In this document: positions 18,488 to 28,022 of the stretch, in pieces
Layout of the letters: each line of letters starts with the position of its first letter
Position numbering within the stretch: the stretch's first letter is position 1
Assembly (NCBI GenBank): GCA_964405805.1
Contig: CAYOPE010000005.1
Location: 1-38,183 of the forward strand
DNA: 38,183 bases
DNA from: an uncultured Candidatus Saccharibacteria bacterium
GTDB lineage: Bacteria > Patescibacteriota > Doudnabacteria > UBA920 > O2-02-FULL-48-8
Direction: 5' to 3'
The notes under the pieces: model-generated
What the model was told of the DNA's origin: nothing
Database searches by the model: none
What the model saw: only the letters and a program-made list of their open reading frames with translations
Made by a program: the position numbers and the translations under genes

Positions 18488-19825
18488 ATTCAGATACAAT
18501 CTGTCTCGAATCAGGTCAATCTCTTGCTTTAGGGTAGCCTTTTCTTTCATGACGCGCTCAATCTTGTCGATGGCATGAATCACAGTGGTATGATCGCGGC
18601 CGCCAAAAAACTCGCCAATGGAAGGCAGTGAAGTCTCGAGCTCTTTTCGGATGATATACATGGCTATCTGGCGGGGATTAACGTATTCTTTTTTTCGCGA
18701 TTGCTTTAGCAGATCTTCAGTCGTAACATTATAAAAATCAGACACAACTTCTATGACTTTTTTCGCTGAAACACCGCGTTTTTTCGGAGGTGTAATGACA
18801 TTAACCAGAACGCTTTTGACTTGTTCAATCGTGGGCCTGGTGTTGTTTAATTGGCAGTAAACCATGAGCCGATTCAGCGCTCCTTCCAGCTCTCGGATGT
18901 TGCTTTGGATGGTTTGAGCAATGTAGTTTAGGATCTCCGGTTCGACGTTATAGTTTTTCTCTTTGACTTTGGTTTTGAGAATCGCGATTCTGGTCTCCAG
19001 ATCCGGAGCCTGGATATCAGCAATCATCCCCCATTCGAAGCGTGAGACCAGGCGCTCTTCGATAGCTGGGATTTCTTTAGGCAAGCGGTCTGAGGTCATG
19101 ACGACTTGTTTGTTGTTTTGGTGCAGGGCGTTGAAAGTATGAAAAAATTCTTCTTGAGTGCCTTCGCGGCCAGCTAAAAATTGGATATCATCGACCAAAA
19201 GCACGTCGACATTACGATAAAGGGATTTGAAATGCTCGGTTTTGCCTTGCTGGACTGCAGAAACGAATTCGTTGGTAAATCTTTCACTTGTGACGTATAA
19301 AATTTTGGCATTTGGGTCTTTTTTCAGAACATCGGCCCCCACAGCCTGCATCAAATGGGTTTTACCAAGACCGACTCCACCGTAGATAAACAAAGGATTG
19401 TAAACACTTCCAGGTTTTTTACTGACTGCGAGGCTTGCAGCATGAGCCAATTGATTGTTTGAGCCCACGATAAAAGTACTAAAGGTGTATTTAGGATTTA
19501 AAGTTTGATTTTCAACTTTTTTTATAGGAGCTGCTGCGACTCGGGCTGTTTCTTTGGTTGTTTGGGGAGTGGCGTAGATCGGACTGATGATTTGATACTT
19601 CACTTCTTTGATTTCAGGGGCAATGGCTTTCAAGGCTTTGATGATATCTTGATGATATTTGTTCTGAAGCCACTCTTTAGTAAAGGCGTTTGGGACCCCG
19701 ACCACTATTCCATAATCACTTTTTTCAATAATTGAAGTATTTTTGAACCAGGTAGTGAAATTTGCCTTGCTTAGAGTCAGTTCCAGATTTCCCAGTATTG
19801 CTTGCCAGAGTTGTTGGTTAGTCAT
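18485..19825 (-). CDS. dnaA: chromosomal replication initiator DnaA
   Basis: LNPKYTF, YNPLFIYGGVGLGKTHL, DDIQF, QEEFFHTFN, SRFEWG, RELEGAL, GGRDHTTV. Confidence 0.99.
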   Translation of the reverse strand: MTNQQLWQAILGNLELTLSKANFTTWFKNTSIIEKSDYGIVVGVPNAFTKEWLQNKYHQDIIKALKAIAPEIKEVKYQIISPIYATPQTTKETARVAAAPIKKVENQTLNPKYTFSTFIVGSNNQLAHAASLAVSKKPGSVYNPLFIYGGVGLGKTHLMQAVGADVLKKDPNAKILYVTSERFTNEFVSAVQQGKTEHFKSLYRNVDVLLVDDIQFLAGREGTQEEFFHTFNALHQNNKQVVMTSDRLPKEIPAIEERLVSRFEWGMIADIQAPDLETRIAILKTKVKEKNYNVEPEILNYIAQTIQSNIRELEGALNRLMVYCQLNNTRPTIEQVKSVLVNVITPPKKRGVSAKKVIEVVSDFYNVTTEDLLKQSRKKEYVNPRQIAMYIIRKELETSLPSIGEFFGGRDHTTVIHAIDKIERVMKEKATLKQEIDLIRDRLYLN

Positions 19826-19834
19826 ATAAATAGT

Positions 19835-19864
19835 ATTTTAACAGATCAGTTATCAACATGTAAA
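19835..19864 (-). promoter_or_regulatory. dnaA promoter with a DnaA-box-like site in its spacer
   Basis: TTTACA-18 nt-TG-extended TAAAAT; TTATCAACA (19850-19858, one mismatch from TTATCCACA) lies in the spacer. Confidence 0.6.
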
Positions 19865-19946
19865 TATGAAAATAATGGCTAACTTTAGCCACTTTTTAGT
19901 TATCATGTTAATATACTGTGGATTGCTCGTGTATTACCTAGATGAG

Positions 19947-19975
19947 ATGACAAAATTCCTTTTGTATAGTATAAT
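19947..19975 (+). promoter_or_regulatory. promoter of the rpmH operon
   Basis: ATGACA-17 nt-TATAAT. Confidence 0.7.
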
Positions 19976-20003
19976 CATGAAGCTAATTTAAAGAATTAAA
20001 GAT

Positions 20004-20138
20004 ATGCAACCAACCTATAATCCGAAGAAATTACGAAGAAAAAGGGTGCACGGCTTCAGGCAAAGAATGCGAACTCGTAATGGTCGCACTGTGCTTTCTA
20101 GGCGCAGAGCCAAAGGAAGAACAAAATTGACTGTCTAG
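20004..20138 (+). CDS. rpmH: 50S ribosomal protein L34 (absent from the ORF track)
   Basis: [44 protein letters not shown], 44 aa, divergent from dnaA. Confidence 0.98.
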   Translation: MQPTYNPKKLRRKRVHGFRQRMRTRNGRTVLSRRRAKGRTKLTV

Positions 20139-20139
20139 C

Positions 20140-20475
20140 ATGGCTAAACTTGTTTTGATAAAAACCCAGGCAGATTTTGAAGCCTTCAGACAAAGTAAAT
20201 CGTTCCAAACTTCCTTACTTCGAATGAGAGTCAGAACTTCAGTAAGCCAAAACACTCCCCGTTTTGGTTTTATTGTTCCGAAAAAAGTTTTGGCCAGAGC
20301 CGTGGACCGTAATTTGATGAAGCGACGAGTGAAAAATGTTTTACTCAAGTCAGTTTCTAGATTAAAGCCAGTTGACGTCCTGTTTTTTCCTAGCAAACAG
20401 CTGCTTCAGAGAAAATTCTCAGAGCTAGAAGCAGAATTGGAATCTTTATTTACTAAAGCAAATCTATGGAGATAA
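20140..20475 (+). CDS. rnpA: ribonuclease P protein component
   Basis: PRFGFIVPKKVLARAVDRNLMKRR (RNR-like motif); follows rpmH. Confidence 0.95.
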   Translation: MAKLVLIKTQADFEAFRQSKSFQTSLLRMRVRTSVSQNTPRFGFIVPKKVLARAVDRNLMKRRVKNVLLKSVSRLKPVDVLFFPSKQLLQRKFSELEAELESLFTKANLWR

Positions 20476-20756
20476 GCCAATACACTATCCGCAACCCTGA
20501 ACTTGATTCAGGGTCAAAAGAAAAGATCCTGACTTTCGTCAGGATTGCATCACGTATTTTAGCCATACCATTGTTAGTCTTAATCTGGATTTACCAACAT
20601 ACCTTATCTCCTGATCATGGGCCGTTCCGTTACATGTTTCCTTATGGCTACTGCCAATTTCATCCATCCTGCTCCCAGTACGCCAAGATTACTTTACAAG
20701 AGGATGGGATCATAGGTTTGCCCAAAGTTATTTGGCGATTAATTCAATGCCGATGA
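20466..20756 (+). CDS. yidD: membrane protein insertion efficiency factor YidD (N-terminal repeat insertion, short C-terminus)
   Basis: IYQHTLSPDHG, CQFHPSCSQYA, RLIQC; lies between rnpA and yidC. Confidence 0.88.
   Translation: MEISQYTIRNPELDSGSKEKILTFVRIASRILAIPLLVLIWIYQHTLSPDHGPFRYMFPYGYCQFHPSCSQYAKITLQEDGIIGLPKVIWRLIQCR
20491..20548. repeat. REP/MITE-like double-hairpin element, copy 2 (inside yidD)
   Basis: reverse complement of 373-428 with 1 substitution in the arms and a 2-nt longer spacer. Confidence 0.9.
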
Positions 20757-21466
20757 TTGCCCACTATTTTAATTTAATTTTATCTTATCCCCTTTTGAAT
20801 TTGTTGGTCTTCACGTACCACTACATTCCAGACATTGGAATCGTCATCATTGTTTTGACCATATTGATCCGACTGATTTTGTTCCCTTCATTTCATAAGC
20901 AGCTGAAGAGTCAGAAAGCCATGGCAGTACTGCAGCCAAAGATGAATGACATTAAAGAAAAGTATAAGGATGATCAACAGGCTCAAGCTAAGGCCTTAAT
21001 GGAGCTTTATAAAGAACACAATGTCAACCCTTTAAGTTCCTGCTTACCGCTTTTGATTCAGTTGCCGATTCTGATTGCTCTTTATCGGGTATTCATTCAA
21101 AGCCTAAATGGCAAGGCTTTGGTTGGCCTGTATCATTTTATCAGAGCCCCAAAGAATATTAGTCCCATGTTTCTGCACTGGATCAATCTTTCCCACCAAA
21201 ATATATACATGGCAGTAATTGCCGGAGTTTTACAGTATTTTCAGAGTCGGATGATTATGCCGAAACCGGCGAATGAAGATGCTACTACTAAAATGATGAG
21301 ATTTCAGACTTTATATTTTCTACCAGTGATTACTATATTTTTTGGACTGAGATTCCCTGCTGGCCTGACGCTTTACTGGATCACGACTATATTGTTTGCG
21401 ATTGGCCAGCAGTATTATATTTTATGGCAGGAGAAACAAGAGGTAAAACATGTCATCGAGCAATGA
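20753..21466 (+). CDS. yidC: YidC/Oxa1 membrane protein insertase (short form)
   Basis: GIVIIVLTILIRL, LQPKMNDIKEKY, LYKEHNVNP, CLPLLIQLPI, PAGLTLYW; start MIAH overlaps the yidD stop. Confidence 0.95.
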   Translation: MIAHYFNLILSYPLLNLLVFTYHYIPDIGIVIIVLTILIRLILFPSFHKQLKSQKAMAVLQPKMNDIKEKYKDDQQAQAKALMELYKEHNVNPLSSCLPLLIQLPILIALYRVFIQSLNGKALVGLYHFIRAPKNISPMFLHWINLSHQNIYMAVIAGVLQYFQSRMIMPKPANEDATTKMMRFQTLYFLPVITIFFGLRFPAGLTLYWITTILFAIGQQYYILWQEKQEVKHVIEQ

Positions 21467-21962
21467 GATCGTAAAAAATATTATCATCGAAACACTTAGG
21501 CACATGGGATTTTCCGCCTCTGGCGGAGATGCCGAAGTTTATGAGCGGCAAGAAGAGGGCCGCACGGTTTTTAATATTAAAACTCGCGATGCCCAGCTTT
21601 TGATCGGTAAGCTGGGCGCAAACCTAGAAGCTTTGCAGTATATTGTGCGGATTCTATTTCGAAAGCAGACCCAGGATGATAGGTTTCCTTATGCTTTAGA
21701 TGTTGATGATTACAAAGATCAGCGCGTGATTTATCTGAAAGAATTAGCTCGGAAAGCCGCTCATCATGTCCGCGAAACCAAGAAGCCCGTACAGCTCGAA
21801 GCTATGCCTGCGCATGAACGCCGCGTCATTCACAGTTATTTGTCACTTTACAGCGATCTATCGTCTGAAAGTATTGGAGTTGAGCCTGGTCGCAGACTAG
21901 TCATCAAACCCAAAGTCCGGGCTAAAGACCCAGATGGGTTTGATTTTATAGAAAATAGTTGA
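21450..21962 (+). CDS. jag: Jag/EloR RNA-binding protein (KH + R3H, no Jag_N)
   Basis: LLIGKLGANLEALQY, LDVDDY, LEAMPAHERRVIH, SESIG.EP.R. Confidence 0.92.
   Translation: MSSSNEIVKNIIIETLRHMGFSASGGDAEVYERQEEGRTVFNIKTRDAQLLIGKLGANLEALQYIVRILFRKQTQDDRFPYALDVDDYKDQRVIYLKELARKAAHHVRETKKPVQLEAMPAHERRVIHSYLSLYSDLSSESIGVEPGRRLVIKPKVRAKDPDGFDFIENS
21513..21527 (+). repeat. in-frame palindromic insertion in jag
   Basis: TCCGCCTCTGGCGGA encodes SASGG; identical to one dnaN unit. Confidence 0.8.
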
Positions 21963-21987
21963 CAAAATTAAAACTTGGGTTTAGTCT
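21959..21987 (+). promoter_or_regulatory. promoter for the ORF6N gene
   Basis: TTGACA-17 nt-TAGTCT, overlapping the jag stop. Confidence 0.6.
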
Positions 21988-22023
21988 TAAATTAAGACCG
22001 GCTCTAAGGGCCGTTTTATTTTT

Positions 22024-22545
22024 ATGAAACAAAATATTATTGAACTTCCAAGAGAAAGAATAGAAAGTAAAATTTATTTCATTCGAGGCAAAAAAATCAT
22101 GTTTGATCGCGATTTGGCAGAACTTTACGGAGTTGAAACGAAAGCGCTCAATCGAGCAGTGAGAAGAAACAAGCGACGCTTCCCTGCTGATTTTATGTTC
22201 CAACTTGATCAAAAAGAGCTTGAAATTTGGAAGTACCAATTTGGCACTTCCAATCGGGAGAAAATGGGTTTAAGAAAAAGGCCGCTTGTTTTCACTGAAC
22301 AAGGCGTGGCTATGCTTTCAAGTGTTTTGCATAGTGAACCAGCGGTTCAAGTTAACATTCAAATTATGCGCACGTTTACTAAATTGCGTGAAATGCTAGC
22401 GACCAATAAAGAATTGCGAGAGAAAGTTGAGAAACTTGAGAGCAAATACGATCAAAGATTCCGTGTAGTATTTAATGCTATTAGAAATCTACTTCCAACA
22501 GACGAAAAACCCAAGAAAGAATTTGGGTTTAGAGATAAGTCATAG
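22024..22545 (+). CDS. ORF6N-domain DNA-binding protein
   Basis: IRGKKIMFDRDLAELYGVETKALNRAVRRN..RFP.DFMFQL...FTEQGVAMLSSVL.S. Confidence 0.93.
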   Translation: MKQNIIELPRERIESKIYFIRGKKIMFDRDLAELYGVETKALNRAVRRNKRRFPADFMFQLDQKELEIWKYQFGTSNREKMGLRKRPLVFTEQGVAMLSSVLHSEPAVQVNIQIMRTFTKLREMLATNKELREKVEKLESKYDQRFRVVFNAIRNLLPTDEKPKKEFGFRDKS

Positions 22546-23620
22546 CTATAATAAACCAAAACAAAACAGAGAGATCGTTTTTAAAGTAAGGTACATCGAC
22601 TAAGCCGTGCAGTATCAGAATCGTGAGGAATACTGTGACGGCTAATTTTTTTTGTCGAAAAGTTAGCAGTAATATAGCACAAAAACTTACAAGTCCCAGC
22701 AGCCCCATCTCAAGCCAAAAGTTTAAGAAAATATTGTGAGGATATGAGACATTAAGAGCGCTAAATCCGTGCAAGCCATTACCAAAAACAGGATGACTCC
22801 AAATTTGATGGATGCCAATCGTCCAAAGCTGGCTATGAACCAAACTCGATGAGTCAGAAAGACCCAGTAGTAGCCTTTCTCGTACAGGGGCAAAACCCAA
22901 CAAAATCAATATAATTCCAAGCATTGGCCAAACAGTTTTTTTTGCCCCAAAATGTCGAATCAAGACTAGCCCTAAGACAATGACCAAGGCTAACCAAGCG
23001 CCTCGAGAAAAGGTCAGAAGTAGTGCTATGGTCATAAGCGCTATTCCTATCCAAAACAGCCATTGTTTTTTGATAATTTCTGTGCCGTAAACTTTTAATG
23101 TCAAAAATAAGCCAAGCAGCGGAGCCAGATATAATGCTAGAGCATTGGGATAATCAAAGAATGATGTGATGCGCTCGACTTCACTGCCTGTGCCCCAGAA
23201 TCGCAAAGGCAGATGAATGTAAGTAAAATATTGAATGATACCAAACAAACTAATCAGAGATGCCGAGCTGAAAAGAAATTTTAGCGGGGTGGTTAAATCT
23301 TTGGGTTTAAATAAACTGATGACAGCATAAAAAAATAAAACTGGTTCTATGATAAACGCTTTCAGTTCGCCCAAAGCCTTTATTTGCTCTGGCGAAACCA
23401 TGGTCGAAATAATCCCAGCAAGGACAAATCCTCCGACAGCGACATTGAGCCATTTTAGTGATCTAATTTTTCGAAAACCTTCATGGTCAAGTTTGAATAG
23501 AGCCAAAAGTAAAAACAGCAATAGAATAATTTCTAAAGCTGTAGTGGGGATTCCTAAAATACTAAACCGGATTTGGTAAGCTGGGAGTAATGCCAGTAAA
23601 ATTCCTAAAAAATATGTCAT
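22529..23620 (-). CDS. O-antigen ligase / Wzy_C-family membrane protein
   Basis: multi-TM; RITSFFDYPNALA, TFSRGAW, HPVFGNG, YPHNIFL...EMGLLG. Confidence 0.9.
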   Translation of the reverse strand: MTYFLGILLALLPAYQIRFSILGIPTTALEIILLLFLLLALFKLDHEGFRKIRSLKWLNVAVGGFVLAGIISTMVSPEQIKALGELKAFIIEPVLFFYAVISLFKPKDLTTPLKFLFSSASLISLFGIIQYFTYIHLPLRFWGTGSEVERITSFFDYPNALALYLAPLLGLFLTLKVYGTEIIKKQWLFWIGIALMTIALLLTFSRGAWLALVIVLGLVLIRHFGAKKTVWPMLGIILILLGFAPVRERLLLGLSDSSSLVHSQLWTIGIHQIWSHPVFGNGLHGFSALNVSYPHNIFLNFWLEMGLLGLVSFCAILLLTFRQKKLAVTVFLTILILHGLVDVPYFKNDLSVLFWFIIAMTYL

Positions 23621-26178
23621 GGGCCAGTTTGAATGTTGACGAAGATGCTGTTTTGGACCGAGCCGCCATTCGTAAGATGCGCAGTGGCGGTCAGGACCGA
23701 AACTCCATTATTGAGCTGGTTAACAGTGAATCCATAAGGTGCGGAATTTCTAGTGCCCACGAAGTTGCCGTTTACAGTCAGGTCAATGCTGGTCGGAGCT
23801 ATACCATTCGGGCTAACTTGTACAAAGAACGGGAGGTTTTTTATGACTTGATTGTTAGCTGGAGTGATGAAATTCAGGCTGCTAAAGCCAAAGTTGCCAC
23901 TAGGGGTGGTGGATCCATCATCTTCCTCAGTTGGCGGATAATTATAGCCATTGAGAGCAGCCCAAGCTTGTACTGCTCCTTCCCAATTTGGATTATCGGG
24001 CATTTCTGAATGAATGACTGTGTAAACTCGAGTTTCGACCGCATCAGGAGAAGTGAGGTTATTGGCTTTTTTCCCGTTGTATTTATTAACTTTCACTGCC
24101 ACGTGGACATTATCAAAATCTTTTGGTAACGCAAAACTGGCAAAGACTTCTGTCTTGGTCGAAGGAGTGTATTCAGTTGGCAGTTTTCCTGAAATTGCAT
24201 CCACAACCAGGTGTTGAATGCCGGATGGTTCTAAAAATTGCTCTGGGGTAGTATTTTTTAGTGCTTCGCGCATGAACTGATTCCAGATTGGTGCGGCGAC
24301 TACCACACCATCAGCACCCTGGCGCATAGGTGTGTAGTCATTATTACCAGCCCAGACTCCTGCTACTAAAGAAGGAGTAAAGCCAAGGGTCCAGCCATCG
24401 CGCCAGGCCTGAGTGGTTCCAGTTTTTGCAGCCACTACGCGGTCCGGTAGAATCAATGGTGAATTGGGGCCAAAAATGAAAGAGCGAGCGTCATTGTCAG
24501 TCATAATGCTGACGAGTTCGTAAGCAATTTGCGGATCCAGGACTTGATCTCCTAGTTTGTCTTGATATTCATCTAAAGTTTTCCCACCGCTATCTTCAAC
24601 TTTAAGAATCGGTGTTTGATCTTGCCGTACTCCACCATTGGCCAATACTCCAAATGCTGAGACATGATCAAGTAACTTTACTTCACAGCCTCCCAAAACC
24701 AAAGATAATCCGCAGCGATCAGTGTTGATATCAGAAGTAATACCCATATCTTTGGCTGTATCAATGGCGTTTTGGACACCTACTAGAGCTAGGGTTTTTA
24801 CAGCTGGAATGTTGAGAGAGCCAGCAAGCGCTTTTCTGATATTTACGATGCCATGGTTTTGGCCATCATAGTTGTCTGGCGCGTAGTCTTTGCCAGCATA
24901 AGTTCCGAAATCAGTTTTAACGTCCACAAGCATAGTCGCTGGACTCATGCCTTGTTTGAAAGCTGTGGCATAGACGTAAGGCTTAAACGAAGAGCCAGGC
25001 TGGCGCTCAGCCAAAGTGACATTGACCTGGCCATCGTGCGCGTCGTCAAAATAGTCTCTAGAACCGACCATGGCCAGGATTTGTCCGGTCTTTGGGTCAA
25101 TTGCTACGAGACCAGCGTTTGAAGCGTGATTATATTTTTCATTTTTCGCGACTCCATCAGTCACAGCTTTTTCTGCAGCTTGCTGCATGTTCCAGTCAAG
25201 CGTGGTCGTGACTTTGAGCCCCCCTTCTTCTAAAGTTTTTTCACCGTACTTTTGAGCTAAGAGATTTTCGACGTACAAGACAAAGTGAGGAGCGAGGATA
25301 GCATCTTTAATTTTGCTGAAACTAACTTTCTCAGCTTTGGCCTGATCATGTCTTTCCTGACTGATGTATCCCTGGTCAAACATTTGATCCAAGACCAGAT
25401 TTTTTCGAGCTTCGAGTTTTTCAGGATTGGTATTGTAGTAAGTTGGTGCTTGGGGCAGAGCTGCCAGATACGCTGACTCAGCCAGTGTTAGGTCTTTAGC
25501 GTGTTTGCCAAAGTAAGTCTGTGAAGCGGCTTCAATGCCATAGGCGTTGCGGCCATACGGAATTTCATTTAAGTAAAGTTTCAAAATGTCATTTTTGGAA
25601 AATTTTTGTCCGATTTCGATGGCCAAAACAATTTCTTTAATTTTTCTGGTAAAAGTTTTTTCACGAGTCAGAATCGCATTGCGGACGAATTGTTGGGTAA
25701 TGGTCGAGCCACCTTGGGAAGCACTTACATGAGTTATATCGACAAAAATAGAGCGTAAAATTCCCTTCCAATCCACTCCCGGGTTTTTATAAAAGTTTTT
25801 GTCTTCAATAGCAATCGAGGCCTGCTTGGCATAGTCTGGAATGTCTGAAAGATTTACTAAGGTACGCTTGGCCTCGCCATGAACTTCGTAGAGAAGAGTG
25901 TTTCCATCTCTGGCATAAATTTTCGTTGACTGAGCCACGGTCCGATCATTAAGTTTGTTTGGGTCAGGCAAACTTAGAGATACAACTGCAAAAGTCAGGC
26001 TGCCGACGAGGAGGAAAATTGCTCCCAAGTAAAGGATGACGCGAAGAATTTTTCTGCGTAAAGTTTTTTCAGTCTTTAGTTTCTGCCAAAAATAAGCAGG
26101 GACTCCGGCTAGACTTTTTAGGACTTTTCGAAGGCCAGGCTTATGATTTCGATTCCAACTAGAATAATATTGCGCCAT
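23617..26178 (-). CDS. class A penicillin-binding protein (PBP1A family) with C-terminal Ig-like domain
   Basis: EDKNFY, GGSTITQQ, RKIKE, YLNEI; transpeptidase motifs SSFK, SLN, KTG. Confidence 0.96.
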   Translation of the reverse strand: MAQYYSSWNRNHKPGLRKVLKSLAGVPAYFWQKLKTEKTLRRKILRVILYLGAIFLLVGSLTFAVVSLSLPDPNKLNDRTVAQSTKIYARDGNTLLYEVHGEAKRTLVNLSDIPDYAKQASIAIEDKNFYKNPGVDWKGILRSIFVDITHVSASQGGSTITQQFVRNAILTREKTFTRKIKEIVLAIEIGQKFSKNDILKLYLNEIPYGRNAYGIEAASQTYFGKHAKDLTLAESAYLAALPQAPTYYNTNPEKLEARKNLVLDQMFDQGYISQERHDQAKAEKVSFSKIKDAILAPHFVLYVENLLAQKYGEKTLEEGGLKVTTTLDWNMQQAAEKAVTDGVAKNEKYNHASNAGLVAIDPKTGQILAMVGSRDYFDDAHDGQVNVTLAERQPGSSFKPYVYATAFKQGMSPATMLVDVKTDFGTYAGKDYAPDNYDGQNHGIVNIRKALAGSLNIPAVKTLALVGVQNAIDTAKDMGITSDINTDRCGLSLVLGGCEVKLLDHVSAFGVLANGGVRQDQTPILKVEDSGGKTLDEYQDKLGDQVLDPQIAYELVSIMTDNDARSFIFGPNSPLILPDRVVAAKTGTTQAWRDGWTLGFTPSLVAGVWAGNNDYTPMRQGADGVVVAAPIWNQFMREALKNTTPEQFLEPSGIQHLVVDAISGKLPTEYTPSTKTEVFASFALPKDFDNVHVAVKVNKYNGKKANNLTSPDAVETRVYTVIHSEMPDNPNWEGAVQAWAALNGYNYPPTEEDDGSTTPSGNFGFSSLNFITPANNQVIKNLPFFVQVSPNGIAPTSIDLTVNGNFVGTRNSAPYGFTVNQLNNGVSVLTATAHLTNGGSVQNSIFVNIQTGP

Positions 26179-26225
26179 ATAATGCCTACTAATGATACCA
26201 AAAAACTGGTATAATTAGAATACCT

Positions 26226-27416
26226 ATGAATAAAAACGACGCAATTGATGAATTGTTAACACGTCGGATTGGACTAACTGACGGTAGAAGAGACGTCCAG
26301 CCTTCCCTAGACGAAATCAAGAAAAGATTGTCGGCTGGAAAAAATCTAAGAGTATACTTGGGAATAGATCCTACAGGTCCTGATTTACATTTGGGGCACA
26401 CTATCCCCTTACTTTTTTTGAAGCAACTGCTAGATCTAGGTCATCAGCCAGTTTTGCTCATTGGGGATTTTACAGCAACGATCGGTGATCCAACTGGCAA
26501 GGAAGTGACAAGAGAGCCGTTGTCTAAAGAGCAAGTAGCTCACAATATGAAAAAATACCTTGACCAGGTGTACAAAATTTTACCCAAAGGATCATTTGAA
26601 GTGGTATACAATAGTTCTTGGTTATCAAAATTTTCTATTGATAAATTTTTTCAATTACTGAGTAATGTAACCGTGCAGCAATTGATAGCTCGTTCTATGT
26701 TTCGGGAGAGAATGGATAAAAAAAGTCCTTTGGCAGTCCATGAGTTTTTATATCCTGTTATGGTCGGTTATGATTCGGTAGCTTTGGAAATAGATGGAGA
26801 GGTTGGTGGTATAGATCAATGGTTTAATATGGGTATCGGAAGAGATTTAGAGAAGAAGTTGTTGAATAAAGATAAGATGGTTTTTGCGACCAGATTACTG
26901 GTCGATGCTGAATCAGGGAAAAAGATGAGTAAAACTGAAGGCGGTTTGATATCATTATCTGATTCGCCAAATGATATGTTTAGGAAAGTTATGGAATCAA
27001 TTCCTGACGAAATGATTGTTACAGTATTTGAACTTTGCACAGAAAAAGACACGAAGTGGATAAAAGATAATTTATCTAGAACCAAAAAAGATCCTTTAGC
27101 ATTTAAAAAAGATCTAGCAAACGAACTAGTAACTATGTACCACTTTCAAAGTGCGGCCAAAGAGGCTCGAGCAGAATGGGAGCGAGTAGTTAGCAAAAAA
27201 GAAAAGCCATCCCAGATCGAAGAAATGAAAGTGAAAGCTAGAAATATTGTCGATGTTCTTGTCGAAACCAAACTTGCAGCAAGTAAGAGCGAAGCGAAAA
27301 GATTGATTGAACAGAAAGGCGTGAAAGTGGATGACCAGGTAGCATCTGAAGAAACTCAAGCAGGTTCAGGCTCTCTCATCCAAGTTGGAAAACGAAAGTT
27401 TATAAAAATTAAATAG
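26226..27416 (+). CDS. tyrS: tyrosine--tRNA ligase
   Basis: GIDPTGPDLHLGH, GDPTGK, EFLYP, GG.DQWFN, KMSKT, C-terminal S4 domain. Confidence 0.97.
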   Translation: MNKNDAIDELLTRRIGLTDGRRDVQPSLDEIKKRLSAGKNLRVYLGIDPTGPDLHLGHTIPLLFLKQLLDLGHQPVLLIGDFTATIGDPTGKEVTREPLSKEQVAHNMKKYLDQVYKILPKGSFEVVYNSSWLSKFSIDKFFQLLSNVTVQQLIARSMFRERMDKKSPLAVHEFLYPVMVGYDSVALEIDGEVGGIDQWFNMGIGRDLEKKLLNKDKMVFATRLLVDAESGKKMSKTEGGLISLSDSPNDMFRKVMESIPDEMIVTVFELCTEKDTKWIKDNLSRTKKDPLAFKKDLANELVTMYHFQSAAKEARAEWERVVSKKEKPSQIEEMKVKARNIVDVLVETKLAASKSEAKRLIEQKGVKVDDQVASEETQAGSGSLIQVGKRKFIKIK

Positions 27417-27540
27417 ATCGCCACGCGACTGCCAAAATTAGTTCTTAAAGATAAAGCAGTCGCTCGCGATGGTCAGTAACCATTGCGAGGAGGCCGAGAG
27501 TTCAAGCTTTGATTTAGCTTGGCGGCCGACGAAGCAATCT
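27415..27540. repeat. composite palindromic element after tyrS
   Basis: two inverted arms, AGATCGCCAC..CTCGCGATGG and CCATTGCGAG..CGAAGCAATCT, each with an internal hairpin. Confidence 0.7.
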
Positions 27541-27551
27541 AAATCCAGGCC

Positions 27552-27580
27552 TTGCTCCTGGGCCTGTTTTTTAGTATACT
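27552..27580 (+). promoter_or_regulatory. promoter of the first GC-rich orphan ORF
   Basis: TTGCTC-17 nt-TATACT. Confidence 0.6.
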
Positions 27581-27635
27581 TGAATGCTTGCTTACCCGGA
27601 CGTTAACCGGGCGCATAGCGTGTAGGAGGAATGCC

Positions 27636-27935
27636 ATGAGAGTTCGAAACAAGCCGAGCGCTACGGTGTATCGTGAAGAACTTCGTCAGGCCGGCCTGAG
27701 CGACGAGAAGGTCAACCTGGTCATGAAGGCGTCGCGCGGCCAGTCCGGCAGTCTGTCGATCGTGAAGATGGCCGACGCGCTGGCCCGTCACAAGGTGGCG
27801 AACGCCGAAGCGATCATCGCCCGCACCCGTGGCCTCAGCACGGAGCAGCCCGCGGCGCCTGTCGTCGAGGCTCCGGCGTCCGGTCAGGGCGTGGGCTCGG
27901 GCGAGCCGGTCACGGAGGGAGTCGCCCAGGGGTAG
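27636..27935 (+). CDS. GC-rich orphan protein (99 aa)
   Basis: AGGAGG SD 6-7 nt before ATG; GC-rich third positions; downstream terminator. Confidence 0.75.
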   Translation: MRVRNKPSATVYREELRQAGLSDEKVNLVMKASRGQSGSLSIVKMADALARHKVANAEAIIARTRGLSTEQPAAPVVEAPASGQGVGSGEPVTEGVAQG

Positions 27936-27966
27936 GCGATCGTCGTCGTGAGTGGGGACACACAAG

Positions 27967-28005
27967 GGGTCAGCGGCCGCAAAGCTGCTGACCCTGTTTT
28001 ATTTT
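27967..28005 (+). terminator. intrinsic terminator
   Basis: GGGTCAGCGGC-CGCAAA-GCTGCTGACCC followed by a T-rich tail. Confidence 0.75.
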
Positions 28006-28022
28006 CCTGATTGTACATCTTT

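Noticed and set aside
20466-20756. yidD as a pseudogene
   Set aside because: The frame is intact with all three Cys and is coupled to yidC by an ATGA overlap; only the usual GG.DPVP tail is missing.
22024-22545. Prophage around the ORF6N gene
   Set aside because: There are no integrase, structural or replication genes nearby, and the flanks are housekeeping genes.
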